From NCBI GenBank assembly GCA_040398005.1, contig JBBAUX010000011.1:1-28638 (forward strand): a stretch of DNA of 28,638 bases. The letters run 5' to 3'. Numbering within the stretch: position 1 is the first letter of the stretch; each line of letters starts with the position of its first letter. Shown here in pieces: positions 10,501 through 18,048 of this stretch. Origin of the DNA: Opitutales bacterium (GTDB taxonomy: Bacteria; Verrucomicrobiota; Verrucomicrobiia; Opitutales; UBA953). Made by a program: the position numbers and the translations under genes. The notes under the pieces are model-generated. The model searched no databases, was not told the origin of the DNA, and saw only the letters and a program-made list of their open reading frames with translations.

Positions 10501-11273
10501 CGGTGAAGGAAGCTTCAGTCCAACGCGGCCAACCCACCGAGGATGACCTCAAAAATATTGAATCCGTGGATTGGCCACCCTTAGTCCGTGAAATTTCCCA
10601 ACTGCGTGAGCGTATGGCCGGAATGGGCTCAATTAATTTGGTCGCTGTCGAAGAATATTCTTCTCTGCGCGACCGTCATGATTTCTTAACGAAGCAAAGT
10701 GACGATTTATGGAAGGCGAAAGAAGAACTCACCAAAGCCATTAACGAGCTCAATGAAACTTCGCTCCGCTTATTTACGGAAACCTTTGAGCAAATTCGCA
10801 AGAACTTCAAATTTACCTTCGACCGCTTATTCGTCGGCGGATTTGCCGACTTACAATTAGTGCAAGCGGAAGACCCCCTTGAAAGCGGTATCGAAATTAT
10901 TGCTCAGCCTCCGGGTACAAAGTTAAGAGGCATTTCTTTACTCTCGGGTGGTCAACGCACGATGACCGCCGTGGCTTTACTCTTTGGTATCTACATGGTG
11001 AAGCCTTCACCGCTTTGCGTGTTGGACGAATTAGACGCTCCGCTCGACGACACCAATGTCGGTCGATTTACCGATATTTTAAGAGACTTCACTAAATTCT
11101 CCCAATTCTTAGTGATTACGCACAATAAGCGTACGGTCTCAGCGGCTGATACGATTTTTGGTGCGACGATGCAGGAACGTGGTGTGACGAAACTTTTCTC
11201 GATGCGCTTTAATAAAGAAAGCGATGAAGCAGAGCCCACCCCTCCGGGTGGTGGGTTTACGATGGCTCGTTGA
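7527..11273 (+). CDS. smc: Chromosome segregation protein SMC
   Basis: The ATG at 7527 gives MYLKEIVANGFKSFA. Walker A GPNGCGKSN, long coiled coils with a central hinge, signature LSGGQ, Walker B/D-loop VLDELDAPLD and QFLVITH. Confidence 0.97.
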   Translation: MYLKEIVANGFKSFADRTRIELRPGVTAVVGPNGCGKSNIVDAIRWVLGEQSAKSLRGQSMQDVIFSGTDTRKPLPQCEVELVFADCEKDLGTAFAEVSVMRRLYREGTSDYFLNGKPARLKDIQRLFMDTGIGRMSYSFMVQGQIEQVLSSNPSERRYLFEEAAGITRYKSQRKETLNKLSGVDANLARVTDVIGEVGRQISSLRRQAAKALRYRRLKHRYTHLDLAWQTKQFIDRRQQVEKLEGEAKACRAQVQSLSDSLQTRESALASTRAARIELAELVQRAQQALFDLRTARENSEAEARTADLRSDDLTARLADIKREAAEAEQAITEYETRLRGSTDVKSAAAGDVSVADASFREKTAEVDQLGRLVTESEVRLRMARQDILIAEGEMTRARGDVTNSEIDLRGHQTRLVDLNDSLTQAKAERHGLERRANESATVVSTRHQDLQTARSTESAAAEKVKVFYNDFRSLQLTISEQDRIVAKLSAQLGLLEQMQSRLEGFSDAAKAVLRGELSDGKEAGKALADLVSVTDASVAGPLESILGAASEAVALDNIDFLPAIVSQMGERELGRAVFQVEAPQTQKSSVNAPTWLRQASTAVQPKAAIHARLISNLFDGCYICDSLSDFLKWWRTNPGFEFFLVATTSGDLIDRRGLVFTGRPRKASSGAAMGVFSRESEIRSVRQKLEEENDKLTTLNEQAISLQSQIDEAEANLVNLRSSTEAAAEELSVAQADERSARATLAAMDERISREQRLLDETEVAKGESIIRRNRAQDLLSAKDGQVAGLRQAIVDGEQDVERRRKDAETRRSLLGDVRLSLAEQRQRLELAGRELADLESRKIEATARLVARRTEGQNSERAIAELKAQAQTARENSQRLAGEIETSTNALAGLRDELSQKDSILESEDRVLSVDRERLRQTESQLKSYEVSLAEQSSQCNFISEKVLSDHQTDVTKVDWRIELWWADGEPEGAAGFDDLEEAEEGEVQPVKEASVQRGQPTEDDLKNIESVDWPPLVREISQLRERMAGMGSINLVAVEEYSSLRDRHDFLTKQSDDLWKAKEELTKAINELNETSLRLFTETFEQIRKNFKFTFDRLFVGGFADLQLVQAEDPLESGIEIIAQPPGTKLRGISLLSGGQRTMTAVALLFGIYMVKPSPLCVLDELDAPLDDTNVGRFTDILRDFTKFSQFLVITHNKRTVSAADTIFGATMQERGVTKLFSMRFNKESDEAEPTPPGGGFTMAR

Positions 11274-11315
11274 GGTCGGCTTGCCTTGAATCCCTGAAGT
11301 CTTATCAATAGACGC

Positions 11316-12446
11316 ATGAGCCGTCTGTTTGCCGCCATCTTATTATTGCCCGCATGCGTTTTTGCGGGGGTGTCTTTTGAAACCGACGCGCGCGATCTAA
11401 ATCGTTCACGAGCTGGAGCAAGCTACGCCGACATGTTATCACATATAACTCCAGCGGTTGTGAGTATTCGAATCGCTAAAACTATTCCTACGGAAATTGT
11501 TCGTCGTTTGCGCGGTCGTTTAACCGCTGAAGATTTAAAACAGTTGAAAGTGGATTCGCAAACGGGCGAAGTGCAGGCCTTCGTGGGTTTGGGTTCTGGT
11601 ACGATTGTGAACTCCAACGGTTATATTATTACCAATCGCCACGTTGTTTTAGTCAGCGATAATCGCACGGGCGCGACATCGATTGCGACGGCTGCCTATG
11701 TGACGCTCGCCGATAAAAGAGAATTTAAAGCACAGGTTATAGGTGTAGATGAGAAGACCGATATCGCTGTTTTAAAAATTAACGAAAAAAATCTTCCGTT
11801 CGCGCGATTTGCAGACAGCGAAAAATGTCGCGTCGGTGATGTCGTTTTTGCCATTGGGAATCCTTTGGGCGTTGGCATGACGGTGACATCGGGAATTGTT
11901 TCGGGGCTCAGTCGGTCAGACACTGGAGTGGGATTGGCTTATCAGGATTTTATTCAAACCGACGCAGCGATTAATGCCGGTAACTCGGGAGGCCCGCTGA
12001 TTGATTTTGAGGGCAGAATTATTGGGATGAATACCATGATACGTACGGCCAGCGGGCAGGGCGGAAACATCGGTATCGGCTTTTCAATTCCGTCTAATTT
12101 AATTTCAGGGGTGGCTTTAGATTTAGCCAATACCGGTAAAGTAACTCGCGGATTTTTAGGATTATTTGGAGAAGATGTTGAGACGGTTGCGGCGAAGAAG
12201 CTGATGTTAAATAATGGTGCTGTCCGTATTACGGAAGTTGCCGAAGGCTCGCCGGCATTTCGTGGTGGCTTGCGTAAAGATGATATCATCACGGCTGTGG
12301 ACGGTAAATCGTTTGAGAGTTGGAATGAATTGCGTATAATCATTGCCCGACGTAAACCTGGCGAAGTCATGCAACTATCCATGGTTAGAAACGGCGCGAA
12401 CTCTCTCGTGAACATTACCGTGTCGGAGCGCGCTCCGGGTAATTAA
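11316..12446 (+). CDS. HtrA/DegP-family periplasmic serine protease with one PDZ domain
   Basis: Signal peptide; GLGSG; catalytic triad in TNRHVV, DIAVLK and QTDAAINAGNSGG; one C-terminal PDZ (RGFLG...GSPA..GGL..DDII). Confidence 0.93.
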   Translation: MSRLFAAILLLPACVFAGVSFETDARDLNRSRAGASYADMLSHITPAVVSIRIAKTIPTEIVRRLRGRLTAEDLKQLKVDSQTGEVQAFVGLGSGTIVNSNGYIITNRHVVLVSDNRTGATSIATAAYVTLADKREFKAQVIGVDEKTDIAVLKINEKNLPFARFADSEKCRVGDVVFAIGNPLGVGMTVTSGIVSGLSRSDTGVGLAYQDFIQTDAAINAGNSGGPLIDFEGRIIGMNTMIRTASGQGGNIGIGFSIPSNLISGVALDLANTGKVTRGFLGLFGEDVETVAAKKLMLNNGAVRITEVAEGSPAFRGGLRKDDIITAVDGKSFESWNELRIIIARRKPGEVMQLSMVRNGANSLVNITVSERAPGN

Positions 12447-13216
12447 TGCGCTTACTCCGTTCCATTCGCGAATTAACCGGTGGTCAAGTGCCGCCGATCA
12501 CCCGTCGTGCCACCCTTGTGGTTGGTATTTTATTTTTTATATCTCTTATTATTTTCAAACCGCAAGCGAAGGTCTACCCGCGTGCACAGTCGTTGGCTCA
12601 CCCCGTTCAACTTTTACCTAAAGGAAGTGCGTTGGCTGAAAACGAGAGTTTGCTGGATGCTTCAGTGATTTATTTACCAGCGACCATGACAGAACGCCGG
12701 GTCACGTCTTCATCCGAGACCATTCAAGTGGAAGATGCTCCGCTCCCTGGCTTCGGCCCTCAATTTCGTTTTAATCCGAACCGTCCGCTCGATCTGCCTT
12801 TGGAGGCAGAAAAGTCTCAAGCTCCCAGTGCTTACCAGGCTATACCCCTCAAGGACACCCAACCGTTCGCTTCGATGGGCTCTGCCAATTTGTCCCAAAA
12901 CTCCATGGAGCCTAGGAGTGGTTTATACGAAGTTTATCCTGTAAGTGGGGCAAATAAGCCAATTTTAAGCGGCAAATTACCGACTAAAATCAAATTATTA
13001 GGAAATAATCCCATAAAAAAGGATAAATCAGCCCCACTTTATACAAATTTAGAGCTTTTAATTGCCTTAGATTCGATGGGAATGCAGGGGCAAGCTCGAT
13101 TATTGAGGTCTTCCGGGGATATTGAAGTGGATAATGAGGTAAAACAGTGGAGTTCTGGGATGGACTGGGGTCATCTCTTAGCTCCCGGCTTTTACCGTTT
13201 GGTGATCGGTCCGTGA
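12446..13216 (+). CDS. Hypothetical single-pass membrane protein with a possible TonB-C-like C-terminus
   Basis: TAATG stop/start overlap with the protease gene; one N-terminal hydrophobic helix (LVVGILFFISLIIF); Pro-rich middle; C-terminal LLIALDSMG...LLRSSGDIEVD. Confidence 0.6.
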   Translation: MRLLRSIRELTGGQVPPITRRATLVVGILFFISLIIFKPQAKVYPRAQSLAHPVQLLPKGSALAENESLLDASVIYLPATMTERRVTSSSETIQVEDAPLPGFGPQFRFNPNRPLDLPLEAEKSQAPSAYQAIPLKDTQPFASMGSANLSQNSMEPRSGLYEVYPVSGANKPILSGKLPTKIKLLGNNPIKKDKSAPLYTNLELLIALDSMGMQGQARLLRSSGDIEVDNEVKQWSSGMDWGHLLAPGFYRLVIGP

Positions 13217-13320
13217 GGTTGAAACCCTGGGGTAAAAGAAGCCAAAAAAACCGCTTGACGATGGGCAAATCGATTGGCATTCAAACCCTTCCCTTGACGT
13301 CCAAATCGCGTTGACGGTTC

Positions 13321-13396
13321 GCCCCTGTAGCTCAGTTGGCAGAGCGCGTCCTTGGTAAGGACGAGGTCGACGGTTCAAATCCGTTCGGGGGCTCCA
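13321..13396 (+). tRNA. tRNA-Thr (GGT)
   Basis: Cloverleaf: acceptor GCCCCTG/CGGGGGC, D arm GCTC/GAGC, anticodon arm CGTCC-TTGGTAA-GGACG, T loop TTCAAAT, encoded CCA; 76 nt. Confidence 0.97.
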
Positions 13397-13442
13397 CCAC
13401 TTTCCACAACCACCACCAACCACCTCCTCAACAAAAAATATT

Positions 13443-14630
13443 ATGGCAAAAGAGAAGTTCAATCGCACTAAGCCTCACGTGAATGTCGGCACTATCGGTC
13501 ACATTGACCATGGTAAGTCTACCACCACTGCTGCTATCGTTGCCGTTCAGGCACGTAAAGGTCTCGCTGAGACCAAGTCTTATGCCGAAATCACCAAGGG
13601 TGGTACGGTTCGTGACGCTACAAAAACTGTGACCATCTCCGTGTCGCACGTTGAGTACGAATCTACCAATCGTCACTACGCACACGTCGATTGCCCAGGC
13701 CACGCTGACTTCGTGAAGAACATGATCACCGGTGCTGCGCAAATGGATGGAGCGATTCTCGTTGTATCCGCTGCTGATGGTGTGATGCCACAAACCAAGG
13801 AGCACATCCTTCTCGCACGTCAGGTTGGCGTTCCTAAGATTGTTGTCTGGTTAAATAAAGTAGACCTTTCCGAGCCTGATCTTATCGATCTCGTTGAAAT
13901 GGAAGTTCGCGACTTACTGAATAAATATCAGTACGATGGCGACAATGCTAAGATCGTTCGTGGTTCCGCTACGGCTGCTCTCGAAGGTACCCCCGAAGGC
14001 GAACAAGCGATTCAAAATCTTCTCGACGCTCTCGACGCAGAAATTCCTGAGCCTAAGCGCGAAACCGACAAACCTTTCATGATGTCTGTTGAAGACGTCT
14101 TCTCAATCACGGGTCGTGGTACTGTTGCCACTGGTCGTATTGAGCGTGGTGTTGTTAAGGTTGGCGAAGAAATTGAAATCGTCGGTCTCCGCGATACTCT
14201 CAAGACAACCGTTACGGGTGTTGAAATGTTCCGTAAGGAACTCGATCAAGGTCAAGCTGGCGACAACGTCGGTCTCCTTCTTCGTGGTGTTGAAAAAGCT
14301 CAAATCGAACGCGGACAAGTTCTCGCGAAGACTGGCTCAATCAAACCTCACACTCATGGTAAGGCACAAATCTACGTTCTGAAACAAGACGAAGGTGGCC
14401 GCCACACTTCCTTTACTAATAACTATCGTCCTCAGTTCTTCTTTGGAACTTGTGACGTTACCGGTACCGTCATCCTCCCTGAAGGAGTTGAAATGGTAAT
14501 GCCTGGTGACAACGTCACAATCACCATCGAATTACAAAAACCAATCGCTATGGAAAAAGGCCAACGCTTCGCGCTTCGTGAAGGTGGTAAGACCATTGGC
14601 GCAGGTCAGATCCTTGATATCATCAAGTAA
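13443..14630 (+). CDS. tuf: Elongation factor Tu
   Basis: [74 protein letters not shown] and [14 protein letters not shown]. Confidence 0.99.
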   Translation: MAKEKFNRTKPHVNVGTIGHIDHGKSTTTAAIVAVQARKGLAETKSYAEITKGGTVRDATKTVTISVSHVEYESTNRHYAHVDCPGHADFVKNMITGAAQMDGAILVVSAADGVMPQTKEHILLARQVGVPKIVVWLNKVDLSEPDLIDLVEMEVRDLLNKYQYDGDNAKIVRGSATAALEGTPEGEQAIQNLLDALDAEIPEPKRETDKPFMMSVEDVFSITGRGTVATGRIERGVVKVGEEIEIVGLRDTLKTTVTGVEMFRKELDQGQAGDNVGLLLRGVEKAQIERGQVLAKTGSIKPHTHGKAQIYVLKQDEGGRHTSFTNNYRPQFFFGTCDVTGTVILPEGVEMVMPGDNVTITIELQKPIAMEKGQRFALREGGKTIGAGQILDIIK

Positions 14631-14708
14631 TCTCTAACCAGACGCTTCGACAAGGTGCCGAGGTCCCCTAAAAAGGTACCCGGCATTTGTCACTTCTAAC
14701 GAAATCAT

Positions 14709-14784
14709 AGGACGGTAGCTCAATTGGCAGAGTAGCGGTCTCCAAAACCGTTGGTTGTGGGTTCGACTCCCTCCCGTCCTGCCA
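14709..14784 (+). tRNA. tRNA-Trp (CCA)
   Basis: Acceptor AGGACGG/CCGTCCT, anticodon arm GCGGT-CTCCAAA-ACCGT, T loop TTCGACT, G73 discriminator, encoded CCA; usual position before secE. Confidence 0.96.
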
Positions 14785-14818
14785 CTCTCGCCTAAAAAAA
14801 CACACACTCATCACCACC

Positions 14819-15025
14819 ATGTTCGCCTTCCTCGGACGCCTTCGCACCTTCTGGAACGAAACCCTCAATGAGGTTTTTGTGAAGGCGACTTGGCCTACGG
14901 CGAAGGAACTCGTGGACTCTACACTCGTGGTGATCGCTGCTGTTTTTCTTTTGGGTACCGTGGTTTTCCTCTGTGATTTTTCACTCTCAAACTTTGTCCA
15001 ATTCGCGACCCAACTGGTTCGCTAA
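14819..15025 (+). CDS. secE: Preprotein translocase subunit SecE
   Basis: F..E...E..KATWPTAKEL motif followed by a single transmembrane helix; lies between tRNA-Trp and nusG. Confidence 0.93.
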   Translation: MFAFLGRLRTFWNETLNEVFVKATWPTAKELVDSTLVVIAAVFLLGTVVFLCDFSLSNFVQFATQLVR

Positions 15026-15030
15026 ATTAA

Positions 15031-15603
15031 ATGTCTAACTCTCCTTCAGATTTCCGCTGGTACACCATTCAAACGCTCTCGAACAACGAGGGTAAGGTGA
15101 AGCGCACCATTGATCGCAATATCAGGGAAGAAGAAATGGGTGATTACATCGCCGAAATCTTAATGCCTGTAAAAACGGTCAAAGATTTCCGTAATGGAAA
15201 AAAGCGTGAGAGCGAAATGAAGTTGTACCCAACGTACCTCTTTGTGCGTGCCCGTTTATTCGACCAAGAAGGCACCCTGTTAGAAGGACCTTGGAACTTT
15301 ATCAAAAAAACCGACGGCGTTACTGGTCTCATTGGTGGCATGAATCCAACTCCACTGCGCACCGAAGAAATCACCACCATCATTCAACAGATGGCTGATT
15401 CTGCTGATAAGGTCGTACCTAAACTCAGTTTCAATATCGGTGAACGCGTCAAAATCACGGACGGACCTTTCAAGAGCGTTTCTGGAACTATCGACACCAT
15501 CGACAACGATCGTGGCCGCCTCCAAGTCTCCGTCGATATTTTTGGTCGCTCGGCTCCCGTGGAACTCGAGTTCTGGCAAGTTGAACGCGACGACCGCGAA
15601 TAA
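15031..15603 (+). CDS. nusG: Transcription termination/antitermination factor NusG
   Basis: WYTIQTLSNNE.KV, LYPTYLFV, GVTGLIG and the KOW domain GERVKITDGPF...IFGRSAPVELEF.QV. Confidence 0.97.
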   Translation: MSNSPSDFRWYTIQTLSNNEGKVKRTIDRNIREEEMGDYIAEILMPVKTVKDFRNGKKRESEMKLYPTYLFVRARLFDQEGTLLEGPWNFIKKTDGVTGLIGGMNPTPLRTEEITTIIQQMADSADKVVPKLSFNIGERVKITDGPFKSVSGTIDTIDNDRGRLQVSVDIFGRSAPVELEFWQVERDDRE

Positions 15604-15635
15604 TTTTTACCAACCCTAAACTTTAACACACTACT

Positions 15636-16061
15636 ATGGCAAAGAAAGTCATCGGCGAAATTAGGCTCCAGCTCCCTGCAGGTGCCGCTAATCCAGCTCC
15701 TCCCGTAGGTCCCGCTCTCGGGGCTAAGGGCGTGAACATCATGGCCTTTTGTAAAGAGTTCAATGCTCGTACCAAAGACCAAGCAGGTTTGATCCTGCCG
15801 GTAATCATTTCCGTTTTTCAAGATAAGTCTTTCACCTTCATCTTAAAATCTCCTCCCGCTTCCGTTTTACTGAAGAAGGCTGCGAAGATTGAGAGCGGTG
15901 CTGCTGTTCCTAACCGCGATAAAGTCGGTAAGGTTACCAAGAAGCAACTTCTCGAAATCGTCGAGTTGAAGAAAAAAGATTTAAACGCCACGAACCCTGA
16001 AAACGCTGCTCGCATGATTGCGGGTACGGCGCGCTCGATGGGTATCGAAGTTGTCGGCTAA
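15636..16061 (+). CDS. rplK: 50S ribosomal protein uL11
   Basis: [28 protein letters not shown] and [10 protein letters not shown]. Confidence 0.99.
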   Translation: MAKKVIGEIRLQLPAGAANPAPPVGPALGAKGVNIMAFCKEFNARTKDQAGLILPVIISVFQDKSFTFILKSPPASVLLKKAAKIESGAAVPNRDKVGKVTKKQLLEIVELKKKDLNATNPENAARMIAGTARSMGIEVVG

Positions 16062-16122
16062 TTTTCACCCCCAATATCCAAACCAAAAAATTACTGCATC
16101 ACGCAGGAGACCACAAGTCGCT

Positions 16123-16830
16123 ATGAAAACCAAAAACAGCAAACGCTATCGCGCTGCATTACAAGTCGCCGACTTAAATGCAAAGTACGATATTAACCAA
16201 GCCACCGAAATCATTAAAAAGATGCCTGGTGCTAAATTCGACGAGACCGTCGAAATTTCCGCCTTCCTTGGCGTAGATCCTAAACAGTCCGACCAAATGG
16301 TTCGGGGTACTGTTTCTCTACCTAATGGCTCCGGTAAGAAAATTAAAGTTTTAGCTTTTACGGAAAACGCTAAAGAAGCTCTCGACGCGGGTGCCGACTA
16401 TGCGGGTCTCGCCGATTTAATCGCGAAGGTTAACGGTGGTTTCCTCGACTTCGATGTCGCGATCTCCACTACCTCAGCGATGAAAGACGTGCGTCAAGTA
16501 GCCCGCGTTCTTGGTCCTAAGGGTTTAATGCCTAATCCTAAATCGGGAACCGTTTCCGACGATCTTCCAAAGACCATTAAGGAAGTTAAAGCCGGCCGTG
16601 TTGAATTCAAAATGGATAAGACCGGTAACATCGTCATCGTCGTGGGTAAGAAATCTTTCAGTGCTCAGCAGCTTTCTGAAAATGCTGCGGTAGCCTTATC
16701 CGCCTTAGTGAAATCTCAGCCTGCTGGTTTTACCGGTGGTCGTTTCATTAAATCACTTACCCTCAGTGCCTCCATGAGCCCTGGTGTGAGTATCGAACTC
16801 AAGCCCTACGCGGCTGCAGTCACGGCCTAA
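16123..16830 (+). CDS. rplA: 50S ribosomal protein uL1
   Basis: Start at ATG 16123 (MKTKNSKRY); AKFDETVE, LGVDP..SDQMVRGTVSLP.G.GK, LGPKGLMPNPKSGTV and MSPG. Confidence 0.98.
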   Translation: MKTKNSKRYRAALQVADLNAKYDINQATEIIKKMPGAKFDETVEISAFLGVDPKQSDQMVRGTVSLPNGSGKKIKVLAFTENAKEALDAGADYAGLADLIAKVNGGFLDFDVAISTTSAMKDVRQVARVLGPKGLMPNPKSGTVSDDLPKTIKEVKAGRVEFKMDKTGNIVIVVGKKSFSAQQLSENAAVALSALVKSQPAGFTGGRFIKSLTLSASMSPGVSIELKPYAAAVTA

Positions 16831-16863
16831 TCACCCCAACTATAAACCTAAAAGCAAACTAAC

Positions 16864-17352
16864 ATGCGCGCTGAAAAAAAATTCCTCGTTGATGAAGTGG
16901 CCTCACAGTTGGCCAGTTCTAACTATCTTCTTATCGCTAACTTCACGGGCGTCACCGTGAAAGATGCTACTGCCGTTCGTGATCAACTCCGTGCTCACGG
17001 TGCGGAATACCACGTCGTTAAGAATAGCATTCTTAATATCGCTACCAAGGAAGCTAAACTTCCTGATCTCGCTCACTACTTATCGGGTCACACGGCCTTA
17101 GTCACTGGTGGAAATAATCCAACCGGAGTGGCTAAAGTTCTCGTAACTTTCTTTAAGGATTTCCAAAAACTTGAAGTTAAAGCAGGTGTTTTGGATTCTA
17201 AAGTTCTCTCGAAAGCCGAAGTCGAAGCCCTTTCCAAGTTGCCTTCGCTCGATGGTATTCGTGCGCAGCTCCTTTCGCTCTTCTCCACGCCAGCCTCTTC
17301 CTTTGTTCGTTTGCTCGACGCCAAACGTCAAAAAGAAGAAACGCCTGCCTAA
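16864..17352 (+). CDS. rplJ: 50S ribosomal protein uL10
   Basis: MRAEK, VVKNSIL, L.G.TAL and ALSKLPS. The short C-terminal helix has E. coli-like length, suggesting two L12 dimers (inference). Confidence 0.96.
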   Translation: MRAEKKFLVDEVASQLASSNYLLIANFTGVTVKDATAVRDQLRAHGAEYHVVKNSILNIATKEAKLPDLAHYLSGHTALVTGGNNPTGVAKVLVTFFKDFQKLEVKAGVLDSKVLSKAEVEALSKLPSLDGIRAQLLSLFSTPASSFVRLLDAKRQKEETPA

Positions 17353-17507
17353 TCCCTTTCCTCGTGGAGGTTGGTCCGTGTGGACTGATCCGAACGGGGG
17401 GAAATCCAAACCCAAAAACAAAATACATATCCAAAGAACCCCGGTTAGGAGCCTCGTGCTCTCAAATGTCTTTCATCGGACGCTAACCATTCAAGGAACC
17501 AAACATC

Positions 17508-17888
17508 ATGAGTAACATCACAAAAGATCAAGTAATCGAGTGGCTGAGCGCACAAAGCGTTCTCGAAGTCGCCACTCTCGTTAAAGACCTCGAAACTAAG
17601 TGGGGCGTTTCCGCCGCTGCTCCTGTCGCCGTCGCTGCCGCCGCTGGTGGTGCCGCTGCTGCTCCTGCAGAAGAGAAGACTACCTTCGACGTCATCCTCA
17701 AAGCTAAGGGTGCGACCCCAATCAACGTCATTAAAGAAGTGCGTGCGATTACTGGTCTCGGACTCAAGGAAGCCAAGGACCTTGTCGATACTGCGCCTAA
17801 GCCCGTCAAGGAAGGCGTCAGCAAAGACGAAGCCAAGGACATTGAGACTAAGCTCAAGGCCGCCGGTGCAGAAGTTGAAGTTAAATAA
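17508..17888 (+). CDS. rplL: 50S ribosomal protein bL12 (L7/L12)
   Basis: [15 protein letters not shown] hinge, [30 protein letters not shown] and AGAEVEVK. Confidence 0.99.
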   Translation: MSNITKDQVIEWLSAQSVLEVATLVKDLETKWGVSAAAPVAVAAAAGGAAAAPAEEKTTFDVILKAKGATPINVIKEVRAITGLGLKEAKDLVDTAPKPVKEGVSKDEAKDIETKLKAAGAEVEVK

Positions 17889-17920
17889 TTTCATCTTCGC
17901 CTACGCGTAAGCAAATTTGA

Positions 17921-17962
17921 GCGGGGAGGGGGTTCGCCTCTAAGTTTTCTCCCCGCATTTTT
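17921..17962 (+). terminator. Terminator/attenuator-like hairpin between rplL and rpoB
   Basis: GCGGGGAG...CTCCCCGC stem enclosing a GGGG-TTCG-CCTC hairpin, followed by ATTTTT; position analogous to the E. coli rplL-rpoB attenuator. Confidence 0.6.
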
Positions 17963-18048
17963 AAAACGGCAGTCTGGGCCGCCCAAAACCAGACAACCCA
18001 TTTTTTAAAAGCTAAAATAACCAGCCACTTCGACACTCTACACCCGCC

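Noticed and set aside
13255..13316. Three TTGACG hexamers upstream of tRNA-Thr
   Set aside because: The first may be a -35 element, but no convincing -10 lies at the proper spacing and the copies are irregularly spaced, so I could not call a promoter or operator.
13321..14784. tRNAs as integration sites for a mobile element
   Set aside because: No integrase and no duplicated tRNA 3' end in the window; both tRNAs sit in their usual operon context.
16018..16122. 35-aa N-terminal extension of uL1
   Set aside because: It overlaps the end of rplK and the spacer; a normal-length uL1 starts at 16123.
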